The notes beneath the pieces were generated by a model. That model had not been told where the DNA came from, searched no databases, and saw only the letters and a program-made list of their open reading frames with translations. Positions 11,800 through 43,681 of a DNA stretch of 64,000 bases are shown in pieces. The stretch is from the NCBI GenBank assembly GCA_002633005.1, contig NMRA01000482.1, forward strand, positions 254,404 through 318,403. The letters run 5' to 3'. The position numbers and the translations under genes were made by a program. Every line of letters begins with the position of its first letter. The first letter of the stretch is position 1. The stretch is from Phoronis australis (lineage: Eukaryota > Animalia > Phoronida).

Positions 11800-13593
11800 N
11801 CTTTGTTAAATTTTCGTGTTTTTTGTGTTTGTGGCCAGCGACCAGTTAGGCCTAAGGGTAGTCTTGGCGCAAAGCTACTAAGCCTACTAACAAGCTGTAT
11901 TTGACTATAGTCTTCACTGGTAGCTGGCACTGAGGCTAACTAAGGTCTGCCACGGCAGTGTGACACAGGACTAACCAGCCCGTAATTTCATGCAAGTGTC
12001 TGAAACTACCCTTGAATATATGCAGCATTTATCATTTGACCATTTTACTTCGACAAAACAGCTTGCAACCACGTGCATTTACCGTTCGCCAGTGTCTGGT
12101 CTCGATCCGCACCGGGTCCGATAGGCTGCGGTCCCTAGTCTGGCAAAATACTTTCTGTCAAAATTTATTAGCCACATTTCTTCAGCAAATTCCATAAAAT
12201 TGCAGTAGTTTGATTTTATCAAAATTAAGGCGCGCTGTCGATTTTTTTTATCCCCGTTTGCTGGCTGGTAACAGTACAGGCACTGCTCCAGTCGCACTGA
12301 CGGCGTTTTCTCGGCCTGGGTTCCTGAATGAATTGTACTTCCAGGTTCGCGGCAAGTTCAAAATGGCGGTGTTTCTTAGGGTGCGAATCGTGAGTAGCGC
12401 GTTCATTTAAACTGTTTTCGAGTACGGATCGTGTATTAGTTATGGGGTAGGTACTTCTTAGATCCGTATAACATCTTCTAACCATGTAAAAAGGGTTAAC
12501 AACGCGTGAGAGAAGGACTTTAATGACTTATATTTAATTTCAGTTTACATGTATTTCATTTCAAATGATACTTAAACATGTTCAATACCATAGCTTTTCA
12601 AGCTGCGTCCAGTAAATCTTAGGTGTGGTATTTCCTTACGGAAGTTTCATCAGCCCTCTCACGACGCGTTTCTTCTTGGACCTTTTATGTCTCCACCCCG
12701 TCCTTTGTCATATTGGTGGACGCATCAAAATGTCCTGTTTAAACCGCTACCCAGTGACAAACAGCGGCCCAGTTTCCTGACACCACTTAGAGGAATGTAC
12801 AACATTCAAGACAGAATAATGGAAATTTGATGCGACTGCCATTCTACATTCTGCATTTTTAAGAGTCCTATCAGACTCTCGCAGTAGGAAAGGCACACCC
12901 TATTTTAGAAGCACATGATATACTACCCGATATTCAAAGCAAAAATGAAGGGTATTAACATTTACTGTAATGCGTGAATACGTAGTACATGTATAGGTTT
13001 AATGATGGATCTTCGATCTAAACTTCAGTCATTGCCAGAGGATCGGAATCTAAAACAAGAACAATGAAACAATACTGTATAGAGAAATTGAAAATCACGA
13101 CTTGCAGATACTCTGAAGGAATTCTACAGATTACTGGCACAATTGGGTAAGTGTACAATTTGAGGATGCGTTCTTGTTGTGTGTTAGCGATTCAGGCTCG
13201 CCTTCTCGGGAGGGGGGTGAATTGTCAGATTTCATGCTGACGAGACTCTAGGTCAAAACTGAAATTAGAAAGTGGCTGCGCGATTATCGGGACGACGAGA
13301 AGGCACCAGCAGTTTTGAAACGATGTACATCAGACAAATGAAGGCCTGTGTTCATTGGACGAGAAAATCGTATGCGCCTAGACGCGTGCTTCACACTACA
13401 TGACCATACAACTATTCACGGTTCATGCGATATTACGGTGAATCGAAATTAGATAATCCTATTGCATGAACAATAAACTTCAGATTTATTTTCGTAGCGG
13501 GGCAAAACATTGCGTCCAGTGTGCATTATGGTTTAAGAAAAGACTACTTCAGTTCCGGGCTATTAATTGCTCCGCGGGATGAATTTAGCTGGA

Positions 13594-14166
13594 TGTGCCC
13601 AAATATGATCAGAACCTAGGAGTTGTGGGCCTTGCCCTTCAGATCGTGTCTGATTGGTTGAAATTGTGTACTTAAGCTTTGTCTCTGTCAGACACGAGAA
13701 GTCCAGTCACAGAGCCCAAGAATTAAGTTAACACCTACACTCTCCGGGCACTTACACCAAATTCCAACTATTTGTGCAGCTTTCGGGCTCCTTCCTGAGT
13801 TGCCAATAGTTTAGCCCCAGCAATTCTCGGGATCAGTCCTCCCGAGCTTGATTGTATCTCACCTTTCGGAACTGAATAACTAAATTGCCCCCGTTCTTAC
13901 ACATACAACTATTAATTAGCTACTAGCTGGCCTGTCCGCCGTGTATGAGAACTGTATAAATCACTATCATACTGTGATATACTAGGTCATGGAACAACTG
14001 GATTGCTTATAAGTGTGAAACATTGTATTTGCATTTTCTTACAATAAACCTATGTACTCTTCATTTCACCAATTATTAGTTTTCAATATCACCCTCAGTC
14101 AGCACCGCGGAGCTCGTAAAATCGGGGCGCCTTTGGTCGTAGATACCGCACCGTTACTCTAGTTAC
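13594..14166. mobile_element. possible solo LTR
   Basis: ~570-bp insertion interrupting the duplicated block; TG...CA ends (tgtgccc / gttaca), TATA-like and AATAAA motifs inside; no clean TSD found. Confidence 0.4.
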
Positions 14167-14399
14167 ATCCTATAGTCTACAAAATGCATTTAGTTGTGCA
14201 AGAATGTTTAATTGCAGAACAGATCAGGTTAGAGTTTTACAGAAATACGTATAGCTACCAAGTGGTCAACCATTGCCTTCATTCAGGGTTTACAACACGG
14301 TATAGGACTATAGTTGGAGTTTTCAGGCATGGCCGCGATTTTCAAACGTGGTGACCACTGTTCAAGATCTTATGAGAGGCCGGTACTGAATATGGAGTA

Positions 14400-15725
14400 G
14401 AGACGGTGTGCTCAACCTCACTTCGACGCTAGACTGTAATTGCTGGGACACCGTTGCGTCGCGCTTGTACTTCTCCTAGATTGACATGAACTTGGAATGG
14501 TCACATCCATGGCATTTGCTCAAGGTCACAATGGTGTAATACTTTGGCATGCGCATGAACCAGACTGAAAAGGATGAAAGTTATCCGACTTGCTTGCTTT
14601 CGCCGGAGTATTGAATCCTGTCCATCATAAGAAATGGTATTCGAGGACGTCAATGTAATTCAACCACTGCCGGGTTCTCAGGAACACTCGATCGTCAACA
14701 AATAATCACCAGGTGGTAATGGACCACAAAATCAACTCTCAAATTTTTCCATAGCCCAGCTGGCTGGTATAAGGCTCATCGACCGCACTGGCAAATTTTG
14801 GCATTTATTAATTGTCACTTCAGTGGACAATCAGATACATGCAGTTGCACATGTGGGATAGTGACAGGCTTACCCCAGCAATGACGATCCGTGGTTGCCC
14901 TTGAGTACCAGAAACTCGCAACAATCATAACCAGTTTGTATTTCTATGCTAACCTTGCAGCATTCACATCTTCCGATTGTTAAAAATGATCTCTCATAGC
15001 CAATGCGACCAGACACTGATATGGTGTGTAACGCGGACTCTCTTTTCCCATACATACCAATAGGTGGCACTTCCAACAAGGTTGCAACATTACCCGGCGA
15101 TGTGATATAATAGTGGATTGTTGCCGCAAGGTAGCAAGTTCCCCAGTCGTCGTTTGGTCGATGGGGTGATCATAATTTTTGCATACTTCACTTGGCCAAG
15201 GGGGTTTGTTGATGCACCAGTGTCATTATATAAAGGCTGTAACTTTCAACACTCTTCAGAAATACGTTTTACTTGCACTTTTATAGCGGGGATCAATGGC
15301 ATGATGTAATTGGCGCGTCGGTCTCCCGTGCATTCCGTTGTTGTTGCTATAGATAACTCTTTCGCTTACAGGTCTTTCTCACGGCATTACCAAGTTGCTA
15401 TTTTCCAGAGGATTGTCTGCCACTCTCAGCGCTGGGTGTAATCTATTTTTAACATCGTTGTCAATGTCTAGACGAATATAGATCTTCCGCCTCAGTTAAG
15501 GTGCCGTCGAAGTAATCGGTTGCTTGCTTCTGTGTCGCGCCGGATGCTCCCTTGTTGACCTCGTGAATGTCATGTGACATTTTACCTGCACAATGGAGCA
15601 GTAGTTGCCGCTTTCTTGCATGATTTTCCTCCAAGTCAGCGAGCCTCATCCTGACATAAGTTTCCCGACTTCATTCCGCCATCGGGAATGATACCAGCAT
15701 TTGTGCTGTCCTCTTAGTCAATATG
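14400..15725 (-). pseudogene. degenerate, internally deleted Ty3/Gypsy gag-protease-integrase
   Basis: Gag-like ARKRQLLLHCAG (15461-15649); protease DTGAS (15213-15224) and FLVLKGNHGSSLLG (~14875); then directly integrase-like PAGLWKNLRVDF-GPLPPGDYLLTIE (~14690-14765). RT/RNaseH absent. Confidence 0.75.
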
Positions 15726-16373
15726 CTCTTACAAACGCATCAAGAATGTTTTTCGCTGTGCTCAAACTCTTCATTGAAACGGAAATGCAACCCAACAAAC
15801 TTGAAAGTATTCTTATACATTATATGGATGATGCAACAAGGTAATTGTCATGGGTAATTAGGTCCCATCAGAAGCTGGCAGTCAGTGGACAAAAATATTA
15901 ATAGAAAGCTCGAATAACAGGATATTCCAAGAATATTTGTGTGTCATCATTTCCTGTGACCAATCATGTGACATAAATCAAGCCAGGATTCTTCACGTAA
16001 TCCGAATTCCAACATATTTTCTTTGCGCTTGTACTTCGCAACGGTAACTGGTAGGCGTTGCCCGACTGCGCTTGTCGGACCTCTTCATTAGTAATTCAAC
16101 GGATTGCATTGATTTTTTACATTTTAATTATTCTTAGAACAACTGTATTGGACTGTTACGTATTCTATTTATTGTACAAGGTGTGTGTTAAAAATAAGCT
16201 GTATCTAACTATTCTAGATAACAAATGAAGTTCCGCGCCATCCTTCGGTATTGTAATCGGTAGATGTCGCTCTCGATCAATCCGCTCTTTGTTATTAGAA
16301 ACCTAATTATAACACGTCGGTCGAGGGTTATTTGAAAGAGTTGCAAAGTTCAATCTGATGCTTAAATTTGGTA

Positions 16374-36287
<19,914 letters not shown>

Positions 36288-38009
36288 GGTTTCTAACGAT
36301 TAGTTCACTCATTTATTTTGATGTATGTTGCCTGTAACCACCATTAACAATGGTGTGACATGTGTCCCAGAATGTATTCCGTTGCAAGTTTGCAGCAAGA
36401 TAACGCAATACAACATATAATCACTTGAGTGAAAAGAAACTGGCATTATGGCACTCTGGCCATCTAGCAAAATGGCAGCCACGCGAGGTATTGGTATCAT
36501 CATGCATTAAAAGCAAAGAATTTAATCTCGCTAACTGCTCTCCAGTGTATGTCTTGTATTGATGAAAGATCTCCAATCAAGAGCAGCTGGCGTGAGTCAG
36601 TGATTACGAGTGACATAATTAAACAATTGGTTAACTGTCATAATCGTTCGTCATCCAAAAAAGGTTCAACGTGAGCTTGTTAAGGGAATTAGAATTTTAG
36701 ACACTAGTTTCAACCAATGAGTCTGTTTATTTATCAAATCTTGGAAGATAAAAAACGTTATGGTAATGAACCTTTTCGTGTTTTTTCCCACAAATGGTGA
36801 TGTTTAAATGGTATCAGTGATTTTAAATACATCGTTTCTATAACATCAAATCTCATGTCTGTGTCCGAGGTTGAAACTCAGTGTAAAATAAGGTGTTATA
36901 AAGGGTGCTGAATAGATGCATGGGCTTTTTTTAATTCAGATCTGCTGCAGTCCCATCCCCCATTAAAAATCACTTTGTTGTTTACATCAAACTTTTATGG
37001 CAAACTAGTTAAAAATTTTGCCTTAACCAATTGTCTGTTTTATGGTTGCAAATTTATTTGAGACCTAGCTAGTATCATAGTCCTGGCTCATGTTGAAATC
37101 CAAGCTTTTACTGATTTCAGCATGAGAAGTACTTTTTTTCTTGAGCACTTTTTTGCTATTGGAACTTGTCATCGGTTTAAAAGGTTTGTACAGAATCTGA
37201 GGGTTTGGAATAGTTTTCTTCAAATTCTGAAGTCTGGTAGAATGATGAAATGTAACTTGATATTACCTTTTCACTATGTTAAAGACGAGTCTTGTGTAAA
37301 AATATCATTATGATGTGCCGATTAAAAATATTTTGGACTTAATTACGGAATACTTGTTAGTTGGAAAGTGCTATCGTTGAGTGAATTCACAAATCAATTT
37401 AGCTGATGAAGATTTGTTTCATCTTTAGGAATTATTTGATTTTGGAATTATCAATTTGTTGATTTGATTTCGTGATCATTGAGAAGCATTACAATGTCTT
37501 TCACTAAGTTATAAAATATTAAATTACTATTCCTTAAATGAAATACCTCTTTTTGTAAGAGGCACGTCGCTTGGGTTACGGCATTGCTGATTGACTTTGC
37601 AACAATAGGGCCTGGGTTCTAATCTTTTACTGACTACAAGTAGGATTGGTCAATTCTTTATGTGGTAAGCCTCTCATGGAGTTTTGTTGTAATAGACATT
37701 GAGACTTGACTATTTGTGGCTTTCATGGCAGCTTGACATGCCACTTTAATGGCTGTTGTATGATTAGTGCTGAAGTATTTCAAAAGTTGTTTCTTTACTC
37801 TCCAAATGTTTTATTGGTTTCATCTTGTCTTAGCATTGATTACACAAGGGGCTGGATTATACCAGACAGTTTGGAATGAATAGGGAACTTTCAACTTCCA
37901 TTGTATACCCATTTAACTAACAGAACACATTTACTCAGAAGTAATTCATTCAAGTGAACGCACAACTCATCACCTAGTGATAAATCATGCCATGTTAGCT
38001 AGCCTTTAT

Positions 38010-38503
38010 CTAGCGCGTGCAAACGACACACGTGAGTTCCCCACCTTCCTTGTAAGGCGGACAGGGCAAAGCGCCCCCGCAACTGGATTCAACGACATAA
38101 AACAGCGCCCCGTTGTGATTTGCTCGTCCCCCATCTCTCACTTCTGGTGCTCCGTCAACGCAGTCATAGGAACTGCGATAATGATTGTAGGCCTCGGACA
38201 TCAGATACCCGCTGTATTCTTTTGTCCAGCCCCAGGGACAGGTCTTTCTGGCGGGAATCATCACGTGACTTGGTCGATCCTTGGCGAGACAGACTGCGCA
38301 GACGACATCTCCGTCATGTAAAGAATGACCTCGTGTGTTGGTGCTTTTAAATGGGTTGTACACGTTGACTTCGTATTCGGTGCCGTAAATGTAACCTCCG
38401 GATTGAAACCATGTCTTCGTCTGATCAAATTGGGGTTCTCTAGGCAAACATATCTTTGTGCTTCCGCCCCCTTTGTGCGTGTAGTGGGGACCGGCTGCGT
38501 AAC
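38010..38503 (-). CDS. collagen-C4-like exon 5 (C-terminal domain, stop)
   Basis: YAAGPHYTHKGGGSTKICLP...ELTCVVCTR*; tctcag acceptor; AATAAA on the minus strand at 37810-37815. Confidence 0.92.
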
Positions 38504-39957
38504 CTGAGAAAGACAAATCTTGGTAACAATAATGTGATTGGTATTCATCCGCATATATTGACCCATGTGTTGAAGTACAAAATAATGCGTTAAAAATAAT
38601 TCGAGTGCATCGCACCGCGTGTGTTTCACTGTTGTGCGGGCGAGTTAATGCTTGTAGTGTGCATGTTAGTTATCTGTGTGACTTTTGTCCATGCCGTGTA
38701 CTTTGCAATACTTCATTGTGGAACTCAATACCTCTCAACATTTCTTATTCCTTGGATTCTGCTTAAATGTTCTGCATTGCTAGTGGATCCGCCCAATCCA
38801 TTATGCGCTACAGTGGACAACCATTCCTATTCAAACTCAAGAAACCTCGACTTCCCTGCCCGCGCATGATTCTGTTCTTTTATGGACGCTATTCTCTTAT
38901 CACGGAGACATATTTCACCTCATGAACCATGTTTCGCGCCACTGGGACACATATTTTCCACCCACAAATGGACCCACCGCACTCCTGCACATTACTTCTT
39001 GGCCATAATATTCGTTTTTCGTTCAAGGACAAATGACAAACTCGTTGATAAAGCTGCTGCACTGTTTCGGTTCGTTTCGATAAATAGTTTGAACATCCTA
39101 AGGTCAAGCACAAAATCGTTCGTTACTAGACATACTGTCTGTTATACATTTATCAATTTTCATTGCAATTTTTCCACGCGTTATCAATGCTCGAGTTCAC
39201 GGGATCACCACACGTGAGGGAAATCGACTTGTATTGAACGCAATGTGAGTTCAATAGCATTTTAAACAGTTATCGATACGATTTTCGCAACCACTTTGTG
39301 CATGGACAATTTACAGGCTGTATATCAGATTATGCAAAGTGTCCCGAGAGAAGCGAACGATGTGCGAGGGTGTAGAATAGTTTATGCCAGCAAAAATGGT
39401 GTGCAGCCTAGGTGCTTTGAAGCTTATAGGAGACAAATACCTGTTATTCTTTATTACTTATTGAGCGCCATCATTTTGCTGATTTTGATGTAAGTGTTTT
39501 GCTATTATGTGATGACTGCGTGTATTTCAACAACTTTGACCGTTATTTAAAGGTTCTTGTTAACACTTGTAGCATACCATCATAGAGGAGATGAGAGTGC
39601 TTCGGGCAAACGGTGCGTCCCCATCTCACATACACAGCACCATACCCCGCCTTGTCTCTTGAAATGGTGATCAGTTTTTCAGACTCTGAAATACAAGTAA
39701 TAATCCAGTATATTAAAATATTGTACTGAAAACTGTAATGAGCGATGTTTTGTATTTCAAACGGTACACTAGCTGTTTGAGCTCGAATTTAGATTGAGAA
39801 CGGCTCTGATCCTCGTTTTGTATTTAGGGCGGTACTGAACCAGGTTCCATACTAAGAGCGTAATTGTGTCGTGGTGCGGAACCGTATTTCTTATATGTGG
39901 GTGTCTGTGTTTGTGCGTGTGTGTGTGTGCGCGCGCGTGTGTGTGCATACGTACATG

Positions 39958-40044
<87 letters not shown>

Positions 40045-42782
40045 GCCTGAGTGCCAAAACAAACAGAAGGTTGTACCAACATGCTATAAACAATCCCACT
40101 AAATAAGATTGGTCCAAAACTGTTTCAAACTTTTCGGGAACTGACAATTGTAACGGAACGTTTTGGTGTTTAACATGTTCTCATCGGGCTCTTTGTACTA
40201 GTTTGTTTTCAAGATGTTATTTAATAACACAAATATTTCAACGGGTGCTTATTCTGAGGGAGTTTTTAACACTCTTACAAGGCATATGCAAACAAACGCA
40301 AAACTACAACAAATTAATTAAGGTTGTTTTAAATTATGCGTATCATACTTACTGGAGTTGTTGAGAACTTTATCTAGCACCATCTCTAACTGTTCCGCCG
40401 TCAAACCATCCTTACCCGCAGGTCCATCTCTGCCGTCTCTTCCGTCACGACCTGGTTCTCCCTGGCGTCCACGCTGACATAGGGGGAAGGACCAGCGGTA
40501 CGGCTTAGAACTGGCTATAAGCGGTAAACTACAGTGATGCATCAAACTATCAATGAGTTGATATAAACACGTTGAATTTACATTTGTTACTTAGTGCAAT
40601 TTCAAACAATGAGACCACAATCTCTATTCAATCAAAACCCAGTGCAAAGTCAAGGAATTTGAGTGAAGGTTTACCAAACAGCTAAAATAATCAACTTCTA
40701 TACAGATAACAGCAAAGAATTCCTCGCGACATTAGTTACTGCAGCTAACAATATATTTGATTAGAGCAGTCGACGGAATTCCAACATTTGACGGAAATTT
40801 CAACATCATTAAGCTCATTCTAATTTCGAAACAAAAAATATTTGCACTTGTACCAACTAGATCGAGATTAAGTAAAATTTTACTGAAGAGTCTTCTGGAA
40901 TGTAATAGTAAACACGAAATTCTCACCACTATAGTTTTGATCGCCATACTTGTACTGTATGGAGTCATGATTCACAACTAAACGTCAACCGAAGAAATAG
41001 AATTGTATTGATTTTGTTCAATATTATCTCAACAGCATTAAAATCGGTTGCGTTGGCAGCCTGTCATCATTCCAACCAGCTATTGCCCTGTTCTATGATT
41101 CTGAGACTTTATGTCTCCACGATTAAAGTTAGCATAGCATAGTCGGTAACGCTAACCGTCGCCGCGGAAAAGGGTCATCCATTGGTCGCCAATTTGACCA
41201 GGTTGATTAACATTCTGGTGGTTATGCAACAATCGAAGTGTCCCAGGGAACATCTGAGAATGGTGCAAGTTAGCTGCAACCAATTGTAATCTAAAAGTGC
41301 AAATATTTATCTGCAACTCACGTTCACCTTTCGTTGACGTTTCTCCGCGTTTGGTTTTTCCGTCGTCAGGCGTTGACACTTCACGCGTCACCGTGGAAGA
41401 TTTCTGAATTTGAAAATATTATACCACTTCGGTCGAATTCAAAGTGGAGTAAAATTCCACAAAACTAATGGATGACGCGTTACAAAATCCTGGACACCAG
41501 CGTGGACAGAACGTTCTAGCTCATCTTAACATGTGGATGAAACGGTTTGGCTATTGGCGAAAACAGAGTACCTGCAAGGCTTAGTCGGCACGCGTTAGTT
41601 TTTTAACCCGTTTTCGAGAGCGTAGAGAGGTTTAGCCTACTCTTGTGTGCCAAGATCATTTTGTAATACCACAAGTACAGCACATTATAGAAAAGTATAA
41701 TAAACCATACTAAACCTTGTTTTTTCTTGTTCATAAATACTAATTGAGCAATGCTGTTTTCAGACAAAATTCGCTCGAAGTAATGAATAAATACATGCAA
41801 TTCTTTTGTTCACCGTGAAGCCCTGCATTAGACTTCTTCATTCATGAATTTCAAACGGTATAACGGTATTTTGGAATTGTTTTCTACGTTTCAAGCTTTT
41901 CACACTGGTAACGAAGTAATTGGATTTCAGATGCAATTCTAATTTGGTAGCACCGTCTTTATATAAAAATATTTACATGTAATCAGTCGACGGTGCACTA
42001 AGGATAGTTACAACCATACAATCGCCACATTATCCCCGCGTCAGTATAACCAATTTTCGTGAACGTGTTCTACTGACTATTAGAGTTGTAAAGCTGCATT
42101 TCGCTGCTATTCAGCTGTCAGTGTTGCTTTCTTAACCGAAGAGCTTTGAACTTTAAAACATTACCATGCTCATCCGATCTTAATTTATTCCTGAATAAGT
42201 CGGAAACTCAAGGCACGGAAATGTGCACATTTTCGGAATTTTAAGTTTGAACAACCTTAATAAAAGTTTTTGTGAGGCGCTGATGGATTCGATGGTCTTG
42301 TTCGTAATGAAAATAGAATATTCTATCGTGTTAAGAAACATTGCGAGACTGAATTTATGGGAATAATTTGCCACAATGAATTTATGTTTTTAGCCAGCTG
42401 AACAATGTGTCTTTTACTATAGTGTCATTCAGTCTTCCTCGAACTGCATTTAAATAAAGACTGTGCATAAAATGATACTATTGAGAAATATTCATTTTTA
42501 TGAAGCAGTTTGACTGCGGAAGTTCCTGTATCACCAGTAGATACTTTAAAATAATTTATGAAAATTTTGAGGAGGGTGACAAATACCAACCTCTTCCAAC
42601 TTTGCCAGTTTTGACTCTTGGTAGGTGACCTTTGCATTCAACTGATCAACTTCATTTCTCAGGCCAATCATCAAATCTTTCATTTCCGCGAGCGTCTTTT
42701 CCACACCTGTCTCGGCTGGTGAACTTTCAACAAGTCGAGCCATCAAAATTACCACATGGCAAACAAGCGTTATCAAGGCCAT
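38010..42782 (-). CDS. short-chain collagen C4-like secreted protein, 5 exons, ~345 aa
   Basis: complement(join(38010..38503,39578..39685,40353..40514,41322..41403,42591..42782)). Signal peptide, coiled-coil-like segment, 8 Gly-X-Y triplets (GRQGEPGRDGRDGRDGPAGKDGLT), then a C-terminal domain with GAVYVRWGRTVCP..LLYDGYAAGPHYTHKGGGS...YGTEYE...CAVC...MIPARKTCPWGWTKEYSGYLMS...CVVCTR, typical of this family. Exon phases consistent. Confidence 0.88.
39578..39685 (-). CDS. collagen-C4-like exon 4
   Basis: SEKLITISRDKAGYGAVYVRWGRTVCPKHSHLLYD; tttcag/gtatgc. Confidence 0.88.
39960..40042. repeat. (CA)n microsatellite
   Basis: About 41 perfect AC units in collagen-like gene intron 3. Confidence 0.98.
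40353..40514 (-). CDS. collagen-C4-like exon 3 (Gly-X-Y)
   Basis: SSKPYRWSFPLCQRGRQGEPGRDGRDGRDGPAGKDGLTAEQLEMVLDKVLNNS; ag/gtaagt. Confidence 0.82.
41322..41403 (-). CDS. collagen-C4-like exon 2
   Basis: ttcag|KSSTVTREVSTPDDGKTKRGETSTKGE|gtgagt. An alternative in-phase donor lies 6 nt earlier (exon end 41328). Confidence 0.6.
42591..42782 (-). CDS. collagen-C4-like exon 1 (signal peptide, coiled coil)
   Basis: MALITLVCHVVILMARLVESSP...KLAKLEE, donor gttggt; TATAAAA about 40 nt upstream of the ATG (42820-42826). Confidence 0.75.
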
Positions 42783-43558
42783 TTTGACACGTACAACGAC
42801 ACTTGACTTAAACTGGTTCTTTTATAGCCAATTTTCAGTATCCTTCTGTTTACAATATTTTATATCTTAAGACGCCTTACCAACACCTAAGGCATCATAC
42901 TTGAACCATCAAGATCATAATTATACAATTCTAATTGGTATTTTTCTTTGAAGTCAATTTTGCATTGTTATTTGTTTTTTATAATGCCCGATCTTTTGGA
43001 ATTCAATAAAAATCGCTAGAGGTAATATCTTCTAGATAATTTCGGTGTTTCGCTTTGAACTCGTACCTTTCAGTCACCATTCTTTAAACATGTTTGCTCC
43101 ATCATCAGCATCAATATGCACATGGAATAATGACATAGGCAGAGGCAAGATTCGTGCAATTTCATAACACGCCGATTGCGTTCTCTTTCAAATGTGTTTT
43201 CTGTTTCATCTGGCCAACGTGATCAAACAATTTTTGAAGTTCAGCGACACCTTTGTGAAAACTGTTCGATGTAAATTACATGCACGTCGTTCCCATACAC
43301 TAAATGTTTACAGTTCATTTCATGAAAGGCTCTTTCAGCAGGGCTCTCGAAGCACAAGTGGGAAATTCAGCTTTCATTTAGGTGTACAGCATTGTGTATT
43401 TGTTGTAGCCCAATGTTATCTGAAATTTTTGATGTCACGACCGCACACAAGACAAGAGCCGACTTTGAGCAATGAGCAAAGCTTTCTATATGAAGTTTTG
43501 TGTGAGCGTAGATTTTACAGTCATGCACGGGTAGTTTGTTTAAATAGGCCTACATCAA

Positions 43559-43681
43559 GATTATTACGTGGCGAAGTCGTTATCCCCCATTATCTAGAGC
43601 CCGAGTGGATTTTGGAAAATTATCCAAAATCCACGAGGGCTCTAGATAAAGGGGATAACGACAGAGAACATGTAATAATCT
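43559..43681. repeat. long imperfect palindrome (hairpin)
   Basis: gtcgttatcccc..ttatctagagccc...tggattttgga-aaatta-tccaaaatcca...gggctctagataa..ggggataacgac, with outer gattattac / gtaataatc. Confidence 0.9.

Noticed and set aside
11365-11930. ORF-track 179-aa (+) and 157-aa (-) ORFs
   Set aside because: They cross an N join and are off-frame shadows of the THAP remnant.
12620-12660. Minus-strand CTGATGA...GAAA hammerhead-like core
   Set aside because: No convincing stem III, NUH site or stem I.
38889-39120. Possible second THAP remnant (LGCSN...W...CG..HF) in a collagen-like gene intron
   Set aside because: Too degenerate to support; it requires frameshifts.
39769-40147. CV/HT-repeat ORFs
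   Set aside because: Translations of a (CA)n microsatellite.
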